Source of the DNA: Eledone cirrhosa
Taxonomy: Eukaryota
DNA length: 64,000 nucleotides
Assembly (NCBI GenBank): GCA_964016885.1
Contig: OZ024743.1
Coordinates: 316,944,001-317,008,000, forward strand
Reading direction: 5' to 3'
Position numbers and translations under genes: made by a program. Each line of letters begins with the position of its first letter. The first letter of the stretch is position 1. Positions 1 to 12,633 of the stretch are shown here, piece by piece. A model generated the notes under the pieces. It searched no databases. It was not told where the DNA came from and was given only the letters and a program-made list of their open reading frames with translations.

Positions 1-996
1 CTGCTCTCACCTGCTAAATATCCTATGCACCTAGTCGATGTTGAACTTGCTTTCCTACCTGCCCCTCTAAATCCTCACCCCTGATACACCTTGACTGACC
101 AACCCATGCATACAAGCATGAAAGCTGGACACGCTTGACATCTGATCTCCCACAACAACATTTCCATGACAAAAAGCACAGTCCATCTCATAAGGTGGTG
201 ACATGACAAAAAGAACCCAGTCCAATCTATCTGCTGGTCGTTTTAGTGCCAAAATAAAAAGCACCCAGTCCTCACTGTAAGATGGTTGGTATTAAGAATG
301 GCACCCGGCCATAGAAACCAAGCCAAAATACAGATCCATATGTGCATGACTTGTCTCATAACATGACAACCCATCTAACCCATACAAATGTGGAAAAATG
401 GATGTTAAATGATGATAATGGCTGGGCGTGTCTTCTTTTCCCACTGCTTCTTGGGAAGGTTGTGGGAGCAGAGTACCACATGTCATGATGGCACCCTGCA
501 ACTCTATCAGGAGTAATGGCTCTGTACATACATGCATGCTATCATAGGCACTTGGCTTAGTAATTAGTGTTTAGCTCATAATGATAAAGTCATGAGTTTG
601 ATTCCCAGTGGTGCATTATATTCTTCAGCAAGGCACTTTATTTCACATTAGTCTATTCAGTTGGAAAACTTAAGTTGGTAATGTCACTGGTGCCAAGCTG
701 TATCAGACTTCACTTTTTCTTGGACAGCATTGTCAATGTTGAGAGGGCAGACTGGCATGAATGGATACCTGCTGGTTGCTTGTCTTCCATCATACATCTT
801 GGAGTGGAACTTTCTAGATACAAACTCATGGTCTGTGATAACTGAAAAAGGTGAGATGTGCCTTTATAGAGCCTTTATAGCCACATACTTTGCATTACTC
901 TTCGCTGCTGAACAGACATTTACTAATACAAGACTATTACACATATGGCTGGAACTGTAGACATAAATGTCAGGCATTCATCACCTTGATTAGCAC

Positions 997-1270
997 GCAC
1001 ACACACACACACACACATGCATACACACACACATGCACATGTATACACACATTCACACATAGGTTGCCACACACACACACATGCATACACACACACATGC
1101 AGATGTATACACACATTCACACATAGGTTGCCACACACACACACATGCATACACACACACATGCACATGTATACACACATTCACACATAGGTTGACACAC
1201 ACACACACATGCATACACACACACATGCAGATGTATACACACATTCACACATAGGTTGACACACACACAC
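997..1270. repeat. 64-bp minisatellite (4 units) built from (CA)n-rich sequence
   Basis: AGGTTG anchor recurs at 1061, 1125, 1189 and 1253, an exact 64-bp period. Confidence 0.9.
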
Positions 1271-1499
1271 ACACATATTCACACACTCGTAGTCACACAC
1301 ACATGCATGCTCACACATACATACACACACATCCACACACATACACATATTCACTCATGCACACTCATTTACACATTCACATGCACACCTTACACTTGAT
1401 ATTTCTATAAAAGAAATGAGTCATTATGATTTACCAGAGATAACCAGCATGAATTATTGATTTCTTGGATGAAGCTGAAATGAAAGTTCTGTTAAGTGT

Positions 1500-1670
1500 T
1501 ATCGGTAGAGGGTCGGACGCCATGCTTTGCAGCATAGTTAGGTCTCTTTACGGTCTGAGTTCAAATCCCGCCGAGGTTAACTTTGCCTTTCATCCTTACG
1601 GGGTCGATAAAATAAAGTACCAGTAATGCACTGGGATAATTGCTGGCTTCGTGCTAAAAGTAGAAACAAT
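1500..1670 (+). mobile_element. tRNA-derived SINE (abundant family)
   Basis: B-box-like GAGTTCAAATCC, then core CTTTGCCTTTCATCCTTACGGGGTCGATAAAATAAAGTACCAG. Near-identical copies at ~24600, ~35815(-), ~42750(-) and ~59535. Confidence 0.75.
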
Positions 1671-2278
1671 TATTTTAACCCTTTTGTGACTATATTTCAA
1701 AATATTAAGCTGGTGTTTGGAATATAACTTAACAAAGGTTCTTAGATAAAATCATGATAGGTTTTTAAATAATGATCAGAATCAAGATCTCTGGTCTTAT
1801 GCAGTACTGCAAAAAACCTGCCTTTCCATATGCATGGATGCAGCAACATCTAGTGGTCTCTAGTACTTCTATGCATTCTAGTACTCTATGCACCACTTCT
1901 CCCCTTCCTCCTTCCATACACTTCCCACGTCTTAAAACTCCACACTTCAGCAGTACCCCACCTTATACCTACCTCTCCAAACACCATCCTATTTACATAC
2001 ACCCTCCCACTTTCCACATCTAATATACCTCTTTTGTGCAATCCATGCTCTCCCACAATGCAATTGAAAAGGCTAAAAACTCCCAGTCTACCATGTTAGG
2101 TGGTAATACTGATTACACAAAAGCCTCTTGACCACCATGTAAGGTGCTCATGCTGGTGACACGATAAAAGAACACCTAGTTCCCCCTGTAAGGTGGTCAT
2201 GCTGGTGACACAATAAAAAGCACCCAGTCAAGCTCCTAGACCTTCATGATAAAGTACCAGTCCAGTACTAGGGTTGAT

Positions 2279-2514
2279 TCTCTCTCTCTCTCTCTCTCTC
2301 TACTCTTCTTTCTCTCTCTCTTCCTCTTCTCTTCTTTCTTTTTCTCTTCTTTCTCTCTCTCTTCCTCCTCTTCCTTTCTCTATTCCTCTCTCCTCTTCTT
2401 TCTCTCTCTCTTCCTCTTCTCTTCTTTCTTTTTCTCTTCTTTCTCTCTCTCTTCCTCCTTCTCTTCCTTTCTCTATTCCTCTCACCTCTTCCTCTCTCTC
2501 TCTCTCTCTCTCTC
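2279..2514. repeat. (CT)n/CTT polypyrimidine low-complexity tract with internal duplication
   Basis: Almost pure C/T run. The overlapping ORFs are compositional artefacts. Confidence 0.9.
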
Positions 2515-2960
2515 AAATTGATTGCTTCCATCAACCAAACATAAATACTAAAGACATACTATGCTGTATGTCAATATGGCACCTTTATGACCTCAACAGA
2601 AGTGTAAAAAACTGTAAATCACTATGGTGCTCCTATGACTCCAACCAGAGTTAAAGGTCATGGATAGATATGTCAAAAGAAATCAATATATTCTTTAGTG
2701 TCTAAAGTTATTTTCTTTGTTTGTTTGTTCTTTTTAGAATATTTTCCAGCTGCATTCTATGATGCAGACATGTTTATATATTCTAGTTGTTGTAATGGTG
2801 CAGTTTATTTAATAACATGTTGTAAATGGCAGGTTTCGGAATTCAGTTAATGATAGACTTGGTTGACACAGTCTACAGATTAATCATAGCTTAAATGTTG
2901 TTGAAGTTATCAGATATCTAAGATAGGTATATAAGAATAAAGAATAATAACTAATACATG

Positions 2961-3360
2961 CTGTAAGGTGGTCATGTTGGTGACATGATAAAAAGCACCC
3001 AGTCCATCCTGTAAGGTGGTCGTATTGGTGACACGATAAACAACTCCCAGTCCACTCTATAAGAGGGTTGTGCTGGTGACATGATTAAAAGCACCCAGTT
3101 CACGCTGTAAGGTGGTTATGCTGGTGACATGATAAAAAGACCCAGTCCACCCTGTTAGGTGGTTGTGCTGGTGCCATGATAAAAAGCACCCGGTCCACAT
3201 TGTAATGTAGTTGATCTTTGGAAGGGCATCCAGCTGTAGAAACCAAGCCAAAATATAGATCCGTATGAACATGATGTGGTCTCCGGACCTGACTTGTTTC
3301 ATAACGTGACAACTCGTCTAACTCATGCACATGTGGAAAATAGACATTAGATGATGATAT
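2961..3360 (+). mobile_element. Non-autonomous RTE-related element: ~48-bp tandem units followed by an RTE-type 3' end and (GAT)n tail
   Basis: Five units like CTGTAAGGTGGT..GCTGGTGACATGATAAAAAGCACCCAGTCCAC, then GGAAGGGCATCCAGCTGTAGAAACC and a GATGATGAT tail. The same motifs occur in the 3' UTR of the RTE copy at 59260-59524. Confidence 0.7.
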
Positions 3361-4035
3361 ATGGGAAGTTTGTCAGAAATATCTAGATCACATCTAGATG
3401 TGGAAGGCCACATTGAAGTTAACTGACATCCAGTGAGGTCACATTTTGTAAAACTATTTTCTTGCTAAACCTCAATTATTTTACAAAATATAGTTATATA
3501 TAAAAGAAATCTAAAAAATATTTTACACCTAACTAATCTTGTAATGGCATTTGTATGCTCTGTAAAGTGGTAGTGCTGATGCCATGATAAAATGCATCCA
3601 GTACCCCCTGTTAAATCGTAGTGCTGGTACCATCATGAAATGCATTCAGTACATTCTATAAAGAGGTCAGTGTTAGGAAGATCATCCAGTCGTAAAAATA
3701 TCTGTGCAAGACATGGTCCCCATGACTCATCTAGCCACAAACTATGACAACCTGTACAACTGATACCAGCTGGGAAGTAGATGTAAAATAATAATGATAA
3801 TCATTTCAAAATAAACAAGTATTATAGAACTAGTAGTAGTTTAGTCAGTTGAGTATCAAAAGAGTTAAGAATGCTGAGTTGGAAGAAATTTACCAAAATT
3901 TAGTGTGTTCTTAGTTAACACGTTTCATACTAAACTACTTGCAAGGATGTTTATTTTTAAATGATTATACTTATCTACAAATCTGTCATCATAATTTTAA
4001 TTTTATGTAAGAACCTTTGTTCACCAGTATAATAA

Positions 4036-4235
4036 AAAGTTGGGAGGGTTGTGGGAGCAGAGTCCTCAAACACTTCTTCCAGCGGGTCCTGTCAGAAGCA
4101 ACTGGCTCCAATTGTTCTGGCTGGATCCCCAAGCAAGATCAGCTGAGCTCAAGTATATTATCCAAAAATCTTGCTCGGGATCTTCCCCAGGGTCTCCTGC
4201 CAGTTGGTTTTGCCCATAAAATCTGTCCAATGATT
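4036..4235 (-). mobile_element. RTE-type LINE 3' fragment
   Basis: Translates ILWAKPTGRRPWGRSRARFLDNI (RTE C-terminal RGRP-like motif). Related copies at ~20000-20405 and ~33000-33320. Confidence 0.65.
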
Positions 4236-5238
4236 CTTTCCTCTTTATTAGAACTACTAGTTTGCCCCGTGCCATAGAAATGACGGCTAATTGTAATATC
4301 TATACATAATATAGAAAAGAGATGTTTGTTGGTTGGTTGGCTGGTTGGTTCCTTTACACTCACTCACACAAGTAATACAAACATACAAACACACAGCTGT
4401 GACGAATCTTAGAATAATGGACTTTTATAGTTTCTCATCCCCCTCCTTCCTCAGCCATCACATAGATGTGTGTGTAATTATTTTTTCTAAGTGTGTCTGT
4501 TTATATATATGTATGTGTTGATTCTTGTGTGTTTGTAATTTTATTGTCTATGTATCTTTCTAAATGAACACACACAAACACACATAATCATAACAGCCAA
4601 TGTGTGTAGCCAATTCGCTATACAGGTGTAGCGAATATTAGATGCTGTCGCCCCTTCCTTCCTCAGTTGACATAATCACCCCTTCCTTCCTCAGTCATCT
4701 CTTACGGACAAATACACAAAGGGGATTATTTTTGATCAGTTGTCATATAAAAAATTTCAACATACAAAAGTAATTATTCAATTTTTCCTTTACCCTTTTG
4801 ATTCCAATTTAGCCAAACTGGGTTTGGTTCTGTAAAACAAAACCTTTAATTTTAAAGGGTTCATAGTTAAATTAAAATCTTCCAACATAATTTGATATTT
4901 AATATAAGAATTTTTGTAAAGTTATTTTATGAATATCATTTTAATAATGAAATAATAATTTTAGTAAATTGTTAAGAAGTCTTTCAATGGCAGTAGTTTT
5001 TTTCCTGAAAGTGCCACACTTTGAAACTCTTTCATCTCATTGTTTTCTTCCTTCTTATGACCAGAACTCTTTCAAGTCTGAAGTAAATTCGTTCCTTTTA
5101 TTTTAATTTATCCTTCTTCATAGTCCTTTACACTAAGTGGCTTCACACCTTCTGTGAGACTTTAAAGAACAAAAAATCCTTCTTAATTTAAATACAGTAT
5201 ATTTTATTTGGAATATAGCTGCAACAAGGTTAGGGTTA

Positions 5239-5439
5239 ACATTTAAACAGGCCATATCCAGCCAGAATTCTCTCACCTCTTTCTGTTTAAACTGGCCGTA
5301 ACTGGCCATTTATATCGATGTTAGGGTATTGTTCTCGAAATGAATAATATCAAAATCTCATTGATTCGATATTATGTGAGGTAAAACTTTTATGCCCAAA
5401 ATACAATAGTAAATATAAAGTAATGCAAATGCTTAAGGG
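5239..5439 (+). mobile_element. piggyBac-type MITE (left TIR damaged)
   Basis: Homologous to 36159-36367. Right end AAATGCTTAAGGG followed by TTAA. Confidence 0.65.
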
Positions 5440-5549
5440 TTAAACTTAGTTGATAGTACTTTCAATAATTAAATTGAACACTGTTATGTTAGAATTAATG
5501 TTTATTGTTGCTACTATATACGTTCTCCTTTCTGTTTAATACAAAATAG

Positions 5550-5722
5550 ATGTTACTCATGGAAGACAGTGACAATTATAACCTGTATTCACCTGGTGAA
5601 AAAGAGGAGTTTTTATATTGCTTACTTAAACACTTATGTCTGGGTGGAAAGATTTGCCAGTTTGAAGATGATTTTGAACCTTATGAAGTCATGGTGAAGA
5701 AGTTATATAAAGAATTAATGTG
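5550..5722 (+). CDS. CFAP300: Internal coding exon of cilia- and flagella-associated protein 300 (C11orf70 orthologue)
   Basis: AG acceptor at 5548-5549 and GTAAG donor at 5723. 173 nt translating MLLMEDSDNYNLYSPGEKEEFLYCLLKHLCLGGKICQFEDDFEPYEVMVKKLYKELM, which matches the recalled family motif EEFLFxLFKHLCLGGxxCQYED..PY. Not in the ORF track. Confidence 0.92.
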
Positions 5723-7206
5723 GTAAGCTATTTTTCTCTGTATTGAAATATCAAAATTTACACTTTTTTATATCCGGGGCTGGTACTATCTGTAAGGCCA
5801 ACTAGGCAGCCACCCAGGGTGCAGACCACAGAGAGGTGCACTATTGAACCTTAAAGGAACATAATTTTATAAAAAATTGTATGATTAAATAAAATAAGTA
5901 ATAATTTCCTGCAATCAGTAAATAAATTGCTAAACATTTTTGTTGTGTAGCTGTGTTGTGGTGGAGAGGGTTGTATGGTGTTATGACCTGTCACATGATT
6001 TGGTATGGCCTGTGTAGTAGAAGATACATTGTAATCTTCATAGTGTGATTAGAGCAAGAAGGGTAAAAAACTAGACTTTATCAGCTTACCAAACTGTGAG
6101 TTGAAATTTATTTTGGAGAATAGGGAGCATAACTAAAATAAGGGGGCACATAATGTAGAACTAATCTAGGGTGCTAAATAGCCAGTCATAAAACACGTAA
6201 TGAAATGAATCACAAGGTGATAAATTAAGATTTTGGAGTAGTACTTACAAATGTGGAAAGGAAAATTAAAAAACTTTAATCATCAGATTGAACCAAAGAA
6301 ACAATGTTTCTATTAGTCTTTCTATTGTTGATACCATCTGCTAGTCACAACTCCAGGAATGAGCCGAGTTCATGGGATTCACAACTAATCCATTGCCCCT
6401 GGACTGAACTCCAAAAGGATGTAAGACAAAGTTGATCTTGGTGGAATTTGAACTTAGAACAGTGAACTGAAACAAATGCCAAAGTATTTACTCTGATGCT
6501 CTAACAATTGCCATTTCGATGGTCTCAAAAAGAAACAAATCAATAGAAATTATTCAGAGGAAACAGTAAAACAAAACCCCCAAAACTGGAGAAGACATCC
6601 ACATTTTATCACTCACTGCAATAGTGAATTTTGGTGTTTTCCTTTAAAACTTTTTGGGCAAACTCATAGCATTACCACAGATGATAGCAAGGTTAAGGTG
6701 CTGAAATAGTCAAGCACCATCACCAGGATCATGATCATCATAATTTTATGTCTGTTATTCCATGCTTGCATGGGTTGGACGCGTCCTTCTCAGTACAGTA
6801 TCTCTATTATGTTTCTTTGTCATCACCATGAAAATTAGCGATTTGAAATCGGTTCTCACCATTTCCAGCCAGTCTTCCTTAGTCTTCCTCTACTGCAGCT
6901 TCCTTCCATTGGGATTATTTGACCCTTCATCACATATCCAACAATGTATTATTTTGCTGTTTGTTCTGAATCACATCATTAAATGTGTATCAACTTGTTA
7001 AATTCGAGGGGGACTTCCCAGATCAATCTGCGTGTGTTTATGTGTGCATGTATGTGTTCGACCTCTGTTGATTCTGATGAAAAGTGTTCCAGTTGTATGA
7101 TCCCTGAAACAGTCTGCTCGTGAAATCATTTGTAAGTGGCTGAGCATTCCACAGAGATCTATATCCATAACATAGTTCTCAAGGAGATTGATTTTTTTTT
7201 TTGTAG

Positions 7207-7273
7207 TGCCCAAAAAGTTCCAGATTCCAACCAGCCAAGGATTGTTTCTTCTGTCTATAAGGTTACAGCATAC
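7207..7273 (+). CDS. CFAP300: Next internal coding exon of CFAP300
   Basis: T-run+GTAG acceptor and GTGAGT donor at 7274. 67 nt, phase-compatible with the previous exon (TG|T = Cys). Translates (C)AQKVPDSNQPRIVSSVYKVTAY, matching the recalled vertebrate [23 protein letters not shown]. Confidence 0.9.
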
Positions 7274-7939
7274 GTGAGTTACTTTAAATTTAATTTTTTT
7301 TAGGATATATATGTTTCAGATCAAGGATCCCCAAAGTCAATGTGACTACGCACTGGGTCAATTGAATTTTGGAAGCAAAATCTGACGTTTGTATAAAAAA
7401 TGAAAATACATAAAATCAACCATAATAATACACCAAGTGTGTTTGTATATTTATATATACATTTCCTTCTGTAATTCTTTAATTTTTACAAACACAAGCA
7501 TAAGCACATATACACATTATGCATTTCCTATCTCAGTATTGTTGCTACAATGTCGTTTACTTTCTCATCAAAAGGTCCTGAAAATAATTATTTCTCCAAA
7601 GTTACTCATACATTTAATCCTGTATATTATTTGTACATATATGCTGAACATTGATGTAATTATATCCTAGAAATATATTATTAAAATATCATTTTTATCT
7701 TCAACCTGTCAGTAATTAACATAAACAATAGGGTTTCTCTTATGCAAACCATAAATTTAACAAAACTCAAATTTCCTAATTTGCATAATGTGTATTGTTA
7801 TTTGTGACAACAAAGGAAGGAGACATTATGTAATGTAGACCTGAATAGGGATCGTTTCACATCTGAATCATGTTTCGTTTCTCAACCTACTCATGTATGG
7901 AAGTAAATCATACCACTGCCATAAATGAAACTTAAAGGT

Positions 7940-8170
7940 CAGTCTGCCCCATGGTCTCAGCTGACAGGATGAAAAAGACATTGCTCCAGAGGATGGAGAC
8001 ACACTGGAACCATCACTTCACCTTGCGGGGATCACACTTGTGGGTAGCCAACTCTGCTCTGATAGCAGTGAGCAGAGATATTGTCCGGGGGCTAAGAATG
8101 ATGGAAATCTCTACTGCCACAGGCTCTACCACAAACCCATCAGAGAGTGGCTGATACTTTGATAATTTGT
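7940..8170 (-). mobile_element. CRE-like non-LTR retrotransposon, C-terminal fragment
   Basis: KLSKYQPLSDGFVVEPVAVEIS...FQCVSILWSNVFFILSAETMGQ aligns with the end of the RLE-domain fragment at 41120-41670. Confidence 0.7.
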
Positions 8171-8499
8171 ATAATTGTTCATATATCCAATAATCCTGAT
8201 ATATATGGCATACCAGCCCTGGACTCCAAAAACTAAATATGTTCAACTATACTGACATCGTTATTGGTGGCACAGGTTCACTAGTAATACAATAAAATAC
8301 AACTTGCTTATACATGTTTCTTATTTATATACAATCTATATGTTACCATTTTGAAGTAAATAATTGCTCTGTATATATGGACAAAATACTAGTAGTTTCA
8401 TTGATATATACATACTCGTTTTTTATATATCATTTAAACTTGTGTAATTGATGCTCTAGAGCATTTTTATTGAAAAACATAATCGATATATATTTTATA

Positions 8500-9397
8500 C
8501 TAGCAGCCGAACCCGGCGTTGCACGGGATAAGGTATTTTGGAACGCGGGCCGCCAACAGACCTAATCGTGGAAAAACTGCATGCCTGGACAATATGTAAA
8601 GAAAATAAACCGAATACTCTGATGGCTCGATGAAGCAGGAAAAATGCAGTTTTCACCTAATGTGGGCCCTAGGGGATCAAGAAAATGAATTTTTTTTAGG
8701 TGCATAATATGCCTTGAAATTTCGGGAAAATAGGCTAAATGTAACGCCTCAAAAAAGCCCCAAATAGCTGAAAAAAGGAAGTTTTTCACCTAATGCAGGC
8801 CCTAGGCCATAAAAAAGTTGGATTTCTTTTGCTTACGGTATGAAGAAGAGACTGACTAATACATAGTTACAATTTCAAGGAAATCAGTCTGACGTAATGC
8901 CTCAAAAAAACCCCTAAAAACCTGAAAAAACGCAGTTTTTCATCTAATGCGGGCCCCAGGGGATCAAAAAGTTGAATTTTTTTATGTGCATAACACTCCC
9001 TGAAACATAAGAAATACACATGTAAAGTTTGAAAAAAGTCGATTGGATTCTTTTCGAGTTTTAGGGATTCAAACTCACATACACACACAGACAGACATCT
9101 TCAGGGAAGTGACGTAATGCAGACAGTCAGACATACAGACAGATATTATAAGGGCGCGACGTTATATGTATGTATCTATCTAAAAAGAGGAAGACTAAGA
9201 ATTATAGAGAGAGATCGCTAAGTCGCCTAATGTGGTCCCTAGGGCATTGAAAATTTGAAATTTTTACTCAGAACACTCCCTGAAACATAAGTATTACATG
9301 TATAAAGTTTGAAAACAGTCGGTTGGGTGCTTCTCGAGTTTTAGGGATTCAAACTCACACACACACAGACAGACCTCCTCAGTTTTATATATATTAG
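8500..9397 (-). mobile_element. Non-autonomous Helitron-like element
   Basis: On the - strand it ends CCCGTGCAACGCCGGG (GC hairpin)...CTAG|T, a canonical Helitron 3' end. (CAGA)/(CA) microsatellite near the other end, internal sub-repeats (TTTTCACCTAATGYGGGCCCTAGGG x4), no TIR or TSD. Confidence 0.7.
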
Positions 9398-9518
9398 CTT
9401 TCGCCGTATTTTTGACTAAAGAAATTTTAGCCTGATAGTGGGGTTAAGAACCCTCTAAGAAATGGAAAAAGATGAGTATCAAGCTAAAATTTCTTTAGTA
9501 AAAAATACAGCGAAAGCT
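9396..9518. repeat. Inverted repeat, ~42-bp arms, 39-bp spacer
   Basis: AGCTTTCGCCGTATTTTTGACTAAAGAAATTTTAGCCTGATA (9396-9437) vs TATCAAGCTAAAATTTCTTTAGTAAAAAATACAGCGAAAGCT (9477-9518), 3 mismatches. Confidence 0.85.
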
Positions 9519-10855
9519 TCTATTTCTATTTTCAAACTTGCTTTTTTATATGTATTGATTAAACCTAAATATAGTATTTAATCTATATTCTATTTACTGA
9601 TTTATTTATCTACTTATTTATTTTGTCTATTCCTGGGGTTGATGAGGGTTCAAGAATTCCATGGAGGGAGGTCAATGGTTTAAAAAATTTGGGGGTTACT
9701 GATTTAGATAATCAAATTTACATAGAAGAGATGTAGTTACTTCTTCAACTTCAAAATTACCAAATGTTTACTGTAAAGAAAAGATATATACTATTAAAAC
9801 TTGAAGTAGCTCCATTGAAATCTATTTACGTTTCTTTTTATTTGATAAGAGAAAGGAGAGACAGCTTCCATTACTTTTGTAAGTACCTATAACCAGACTT
9901 GGTGATATTGATGTGGGTGATATTTAGCTTGAGCAGCAGTCTGTATCTGGTTTAGAATAATACACCCTATACCTGTGTTGTAAAAGGCAACTAAAAAAGT
10001 TGACAGTAGGAAGAGCATCCGACTGTAAAATTTTAACCATTTGGCCATATTGTGTCCACTTTATCTGATAATGGACACAGAAATGTGACAAGTGGTAAGA
10101 AACTCTCAGGAGAGCTGGACAGAGGAAGGTCTTCAGAGAAGAACCCCCCCCCCCCATCCTCAAGCAAGCGTTTTGGTTCTTAATTAAGGACATACAGGGA
10201 CATGATGTACCTATTCTGAACTGGATACACAGTGGTAAGAAACTCTCAGGAGAGCTGGGCAGCAGCAGGTCTTCAGAGAAGAACTTCCCCCTACCCCAAG
10301 CAAGTGTTTCATTAATGAGTGTTTCAGCTGATTTGATCAGTGGAAGAGTCTGCTGATCATTTCATTGGTTGGCTTATATCTTATCTCAGCCAACTGTAGC
10401 ATTTTATCATGGCAATGAAAAAAAAACAAAAAAACTGTCCTATACATGCATGCCCAGCATGGAAAGACATATACACCCCTCAATGTAAGGCAAGATGTTC
10501 ACTCACTCCTTTCAAGAACATCCCCATGACTAAACACTTACTCTCCCTCCCATCTACCAATGACGGATAATTCCCTCACTCAGTAAGCAATCTGCACTTA
10601 CCCCCACTTTCATCTTTCACCTCTAGTCACTCCAGTCGCTACCTTTCTCAGCATAGCTGAAAACACAACAAGCACCCTAGTGTTGTCTTATCTCAGAACA
10701 TAACAAATCATCTAACCCATGCCAGCATGAAAAACAAAGATAAAACAACGATGATGATGATGATAAATGGTTGAAGAAAATACTAATAAATATCAAATTT
10801 TATAGTTGTTTAGCTTTACTGATAAGAGAATTATACATAGAATTCTGCTATTTCA

Positions 10856-11227
10856 ATTAAACCCAGAAAAATATAGGTGCAGGCTTAGCTGTGTGGTTAA
10901 ATAGTTTGCTTTGGGTTGAGTCACACTGTGTCATACCAAGTTTCCTCTACTATAGCTTCATTGACCAATGTCTTGTGAGTGAAATCTGGTAGAATTTTGT
11001 TGTGTATATATATAAAGAGAGAGTAATCAGTTCCCGTCCCACCCTTGCAAGCAGGGAACTGATTACTCTCTCTATATATATATACACAACAAAATTCTAC
11101 CAGATTTCACTCACAAGACATTGGTCAATGAAGCTATAGTAGAGGAAACTTGGTATGACACAGTGTGACTCAACCCAAAGCAAACTATTTAACCACACAG
11201 CTAAGCCTGCACCTATATTTTTCTGGG

Positions 11228-11233
<6 letters not shown>
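10856..11233. repeat. Long palindrome: 180-bp arms, 18-nt loop
   Basis: 10856-11035 is the reverse complement of 11054-11233 with one mismatch seen. Loop is GTCCCACCCTTGCAAGCA. Confidence 0.95.

Positions 11234-11311
<78 letters not shown>
11233..11311. repeat. (TA)n microsatellite
   Basis: Pure TA run directly after the right palindrome arm. Confidence 0.95.
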
Positions 11312-11314
<3 letters not shown>

Positions 11315-11755
11315 TTAATATATAAACATATTCCTCATCATCATTGTTGTTTTAATGTCCACTTTCTCTATATATATATAACATGATTGAAATAAATTTT
11401 ATTTTAATCCACTTTTATATATATATCCATACATATATATATGTGTGTGTGTGTGTGTGGTTGGTATTAGGAAGAGCATCCAGCTGTAAAATACCTAGCC
11501 AAATTTACAGTCTGCATTGGTGGCCAACTCTGGTCAGACTTGTCTCCCAACTATGACAACCCATCTAGCCCATGCAAGCATGGAAAAATGGACACTAAAC
11601 AATGATGATGATAATCAGTTCACAACTGTGGCATTATGCAGATACTCGGGTTTCGTTTGATTGAACACCAGCTCATTCAATCTGACATCTTGTCCCACAG
11701 ACTGAATGCTCTAAACCCTTGGATATTTTATACCAAGTTTTTACTACTATATATA

Positions 11756-12633
11756 CAGGGTCCGGACGATATTTGTTCGCAAGATTACTGTCTAGGAAGA
11801 AATAACACAGTAGTTTTATTTTTTAAGATTTATTTATCAAACTTGGGTCAGTTTTTCTTCATGACTTGTTCTTTCGATCTCACTTGATAAAACCGCCATT
11901 GGCTTTGATGACGGCCTCAAGGCGGCCTCGGAACCGACTACAGGCCTTCGTCACTGTCCCCCGACTTAGGCCTCTAAAGGCACTTGTGATCCTGGCCTTC
12001 AGATCGTCTTTCGTATTGCAGCTAGATCTGTTGGTGTCTTGTTCCACTGCGCCCCACACAAAGAAGTCGAGGGGGTTGCAGTCAGGTGAGCTGGGAGGCC
12101 AGATGTCAGGTGAAGTGTGGTCGACGAAGTTCTCTGACAGCCAGGCTTGGGTCTTTTGGCTGGTATGGCAGGGCGCTGAGTCTTGCTGCCTACCTGCAGC
12201 TACCTGGTCGATCCAGGGCTTTACTACCTCGCTCAGAACGTGGATGTAGCCATCGGTGTTCAGCTTGAGGCCCTCAGAGAAGAAGTGAGGTGGCATGACG
12301 TCACCTTGACTGCTGACGACACCTAAGACCAATGCTATTGATGAAAACTTTGTCTGCATGACTCTGGGCACGTCTTTGGATGAGACAGCGAGCCACCTGT
12401 TGTTTTGGGAGTTGATCTTCTGGTCTTATTTGTCCTCCCGGCGCAGATTCCAAGAAGAACTCCGTGTCTCTTCCATAAATTTGGAGGTTCAAAATTATTC
12501 ATAATCAATTATTCTGAAAATAAATAATGGACATATAGTCAGTTTTTATGAAGACAAAAGTGACAACGGAAGTAAATAAAATTTGCATAAAATTAGCAGT
12601 TGAAAATTGCGAACAAATATTGTCCACACCCTG
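11756..12633 (-). mobile_element. Tc1/mariner maT (DD37D) element, internally deleted
   Basis: TIRs CAGGGT(C/G)(C/T)GGAC(G/A)ATATTTGTTCGCAA with TA flanks. ORF 11880-12371 has QQDSAPCH...WPPSSPDCNPLD with 37 residues between the 2nd and 3rd D. The N-terminal half is absent. Confidence 0.9.

Noticed and set aside
1500-1580. tRNA genes suggested by GTTCAAATCC/GTTCGAATCC boxes (also 24680, 59585)
   Set aside because: No cloverleaf; they continue into a shared SINE core.
890-2654. HT/CV-rich and SL/ER-rich ORFs
   Set aside because: Translations of (CA)n and (CT)n microsatellites.
2961-3215. ~48-bp regularly spaced repeats resembling a CRISPR array
   Set aside because: The units are contiguous degenerate tandem copies without unique spacers, match the RTE 3' UTR motif, and sit in a eukaryotic context with no cas genes.
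11866-12249. 127-aa + strand ORF conserved with 56784-57179 (-)
   Set aside because: Antisense shadow of the maT transposase in two young copies.
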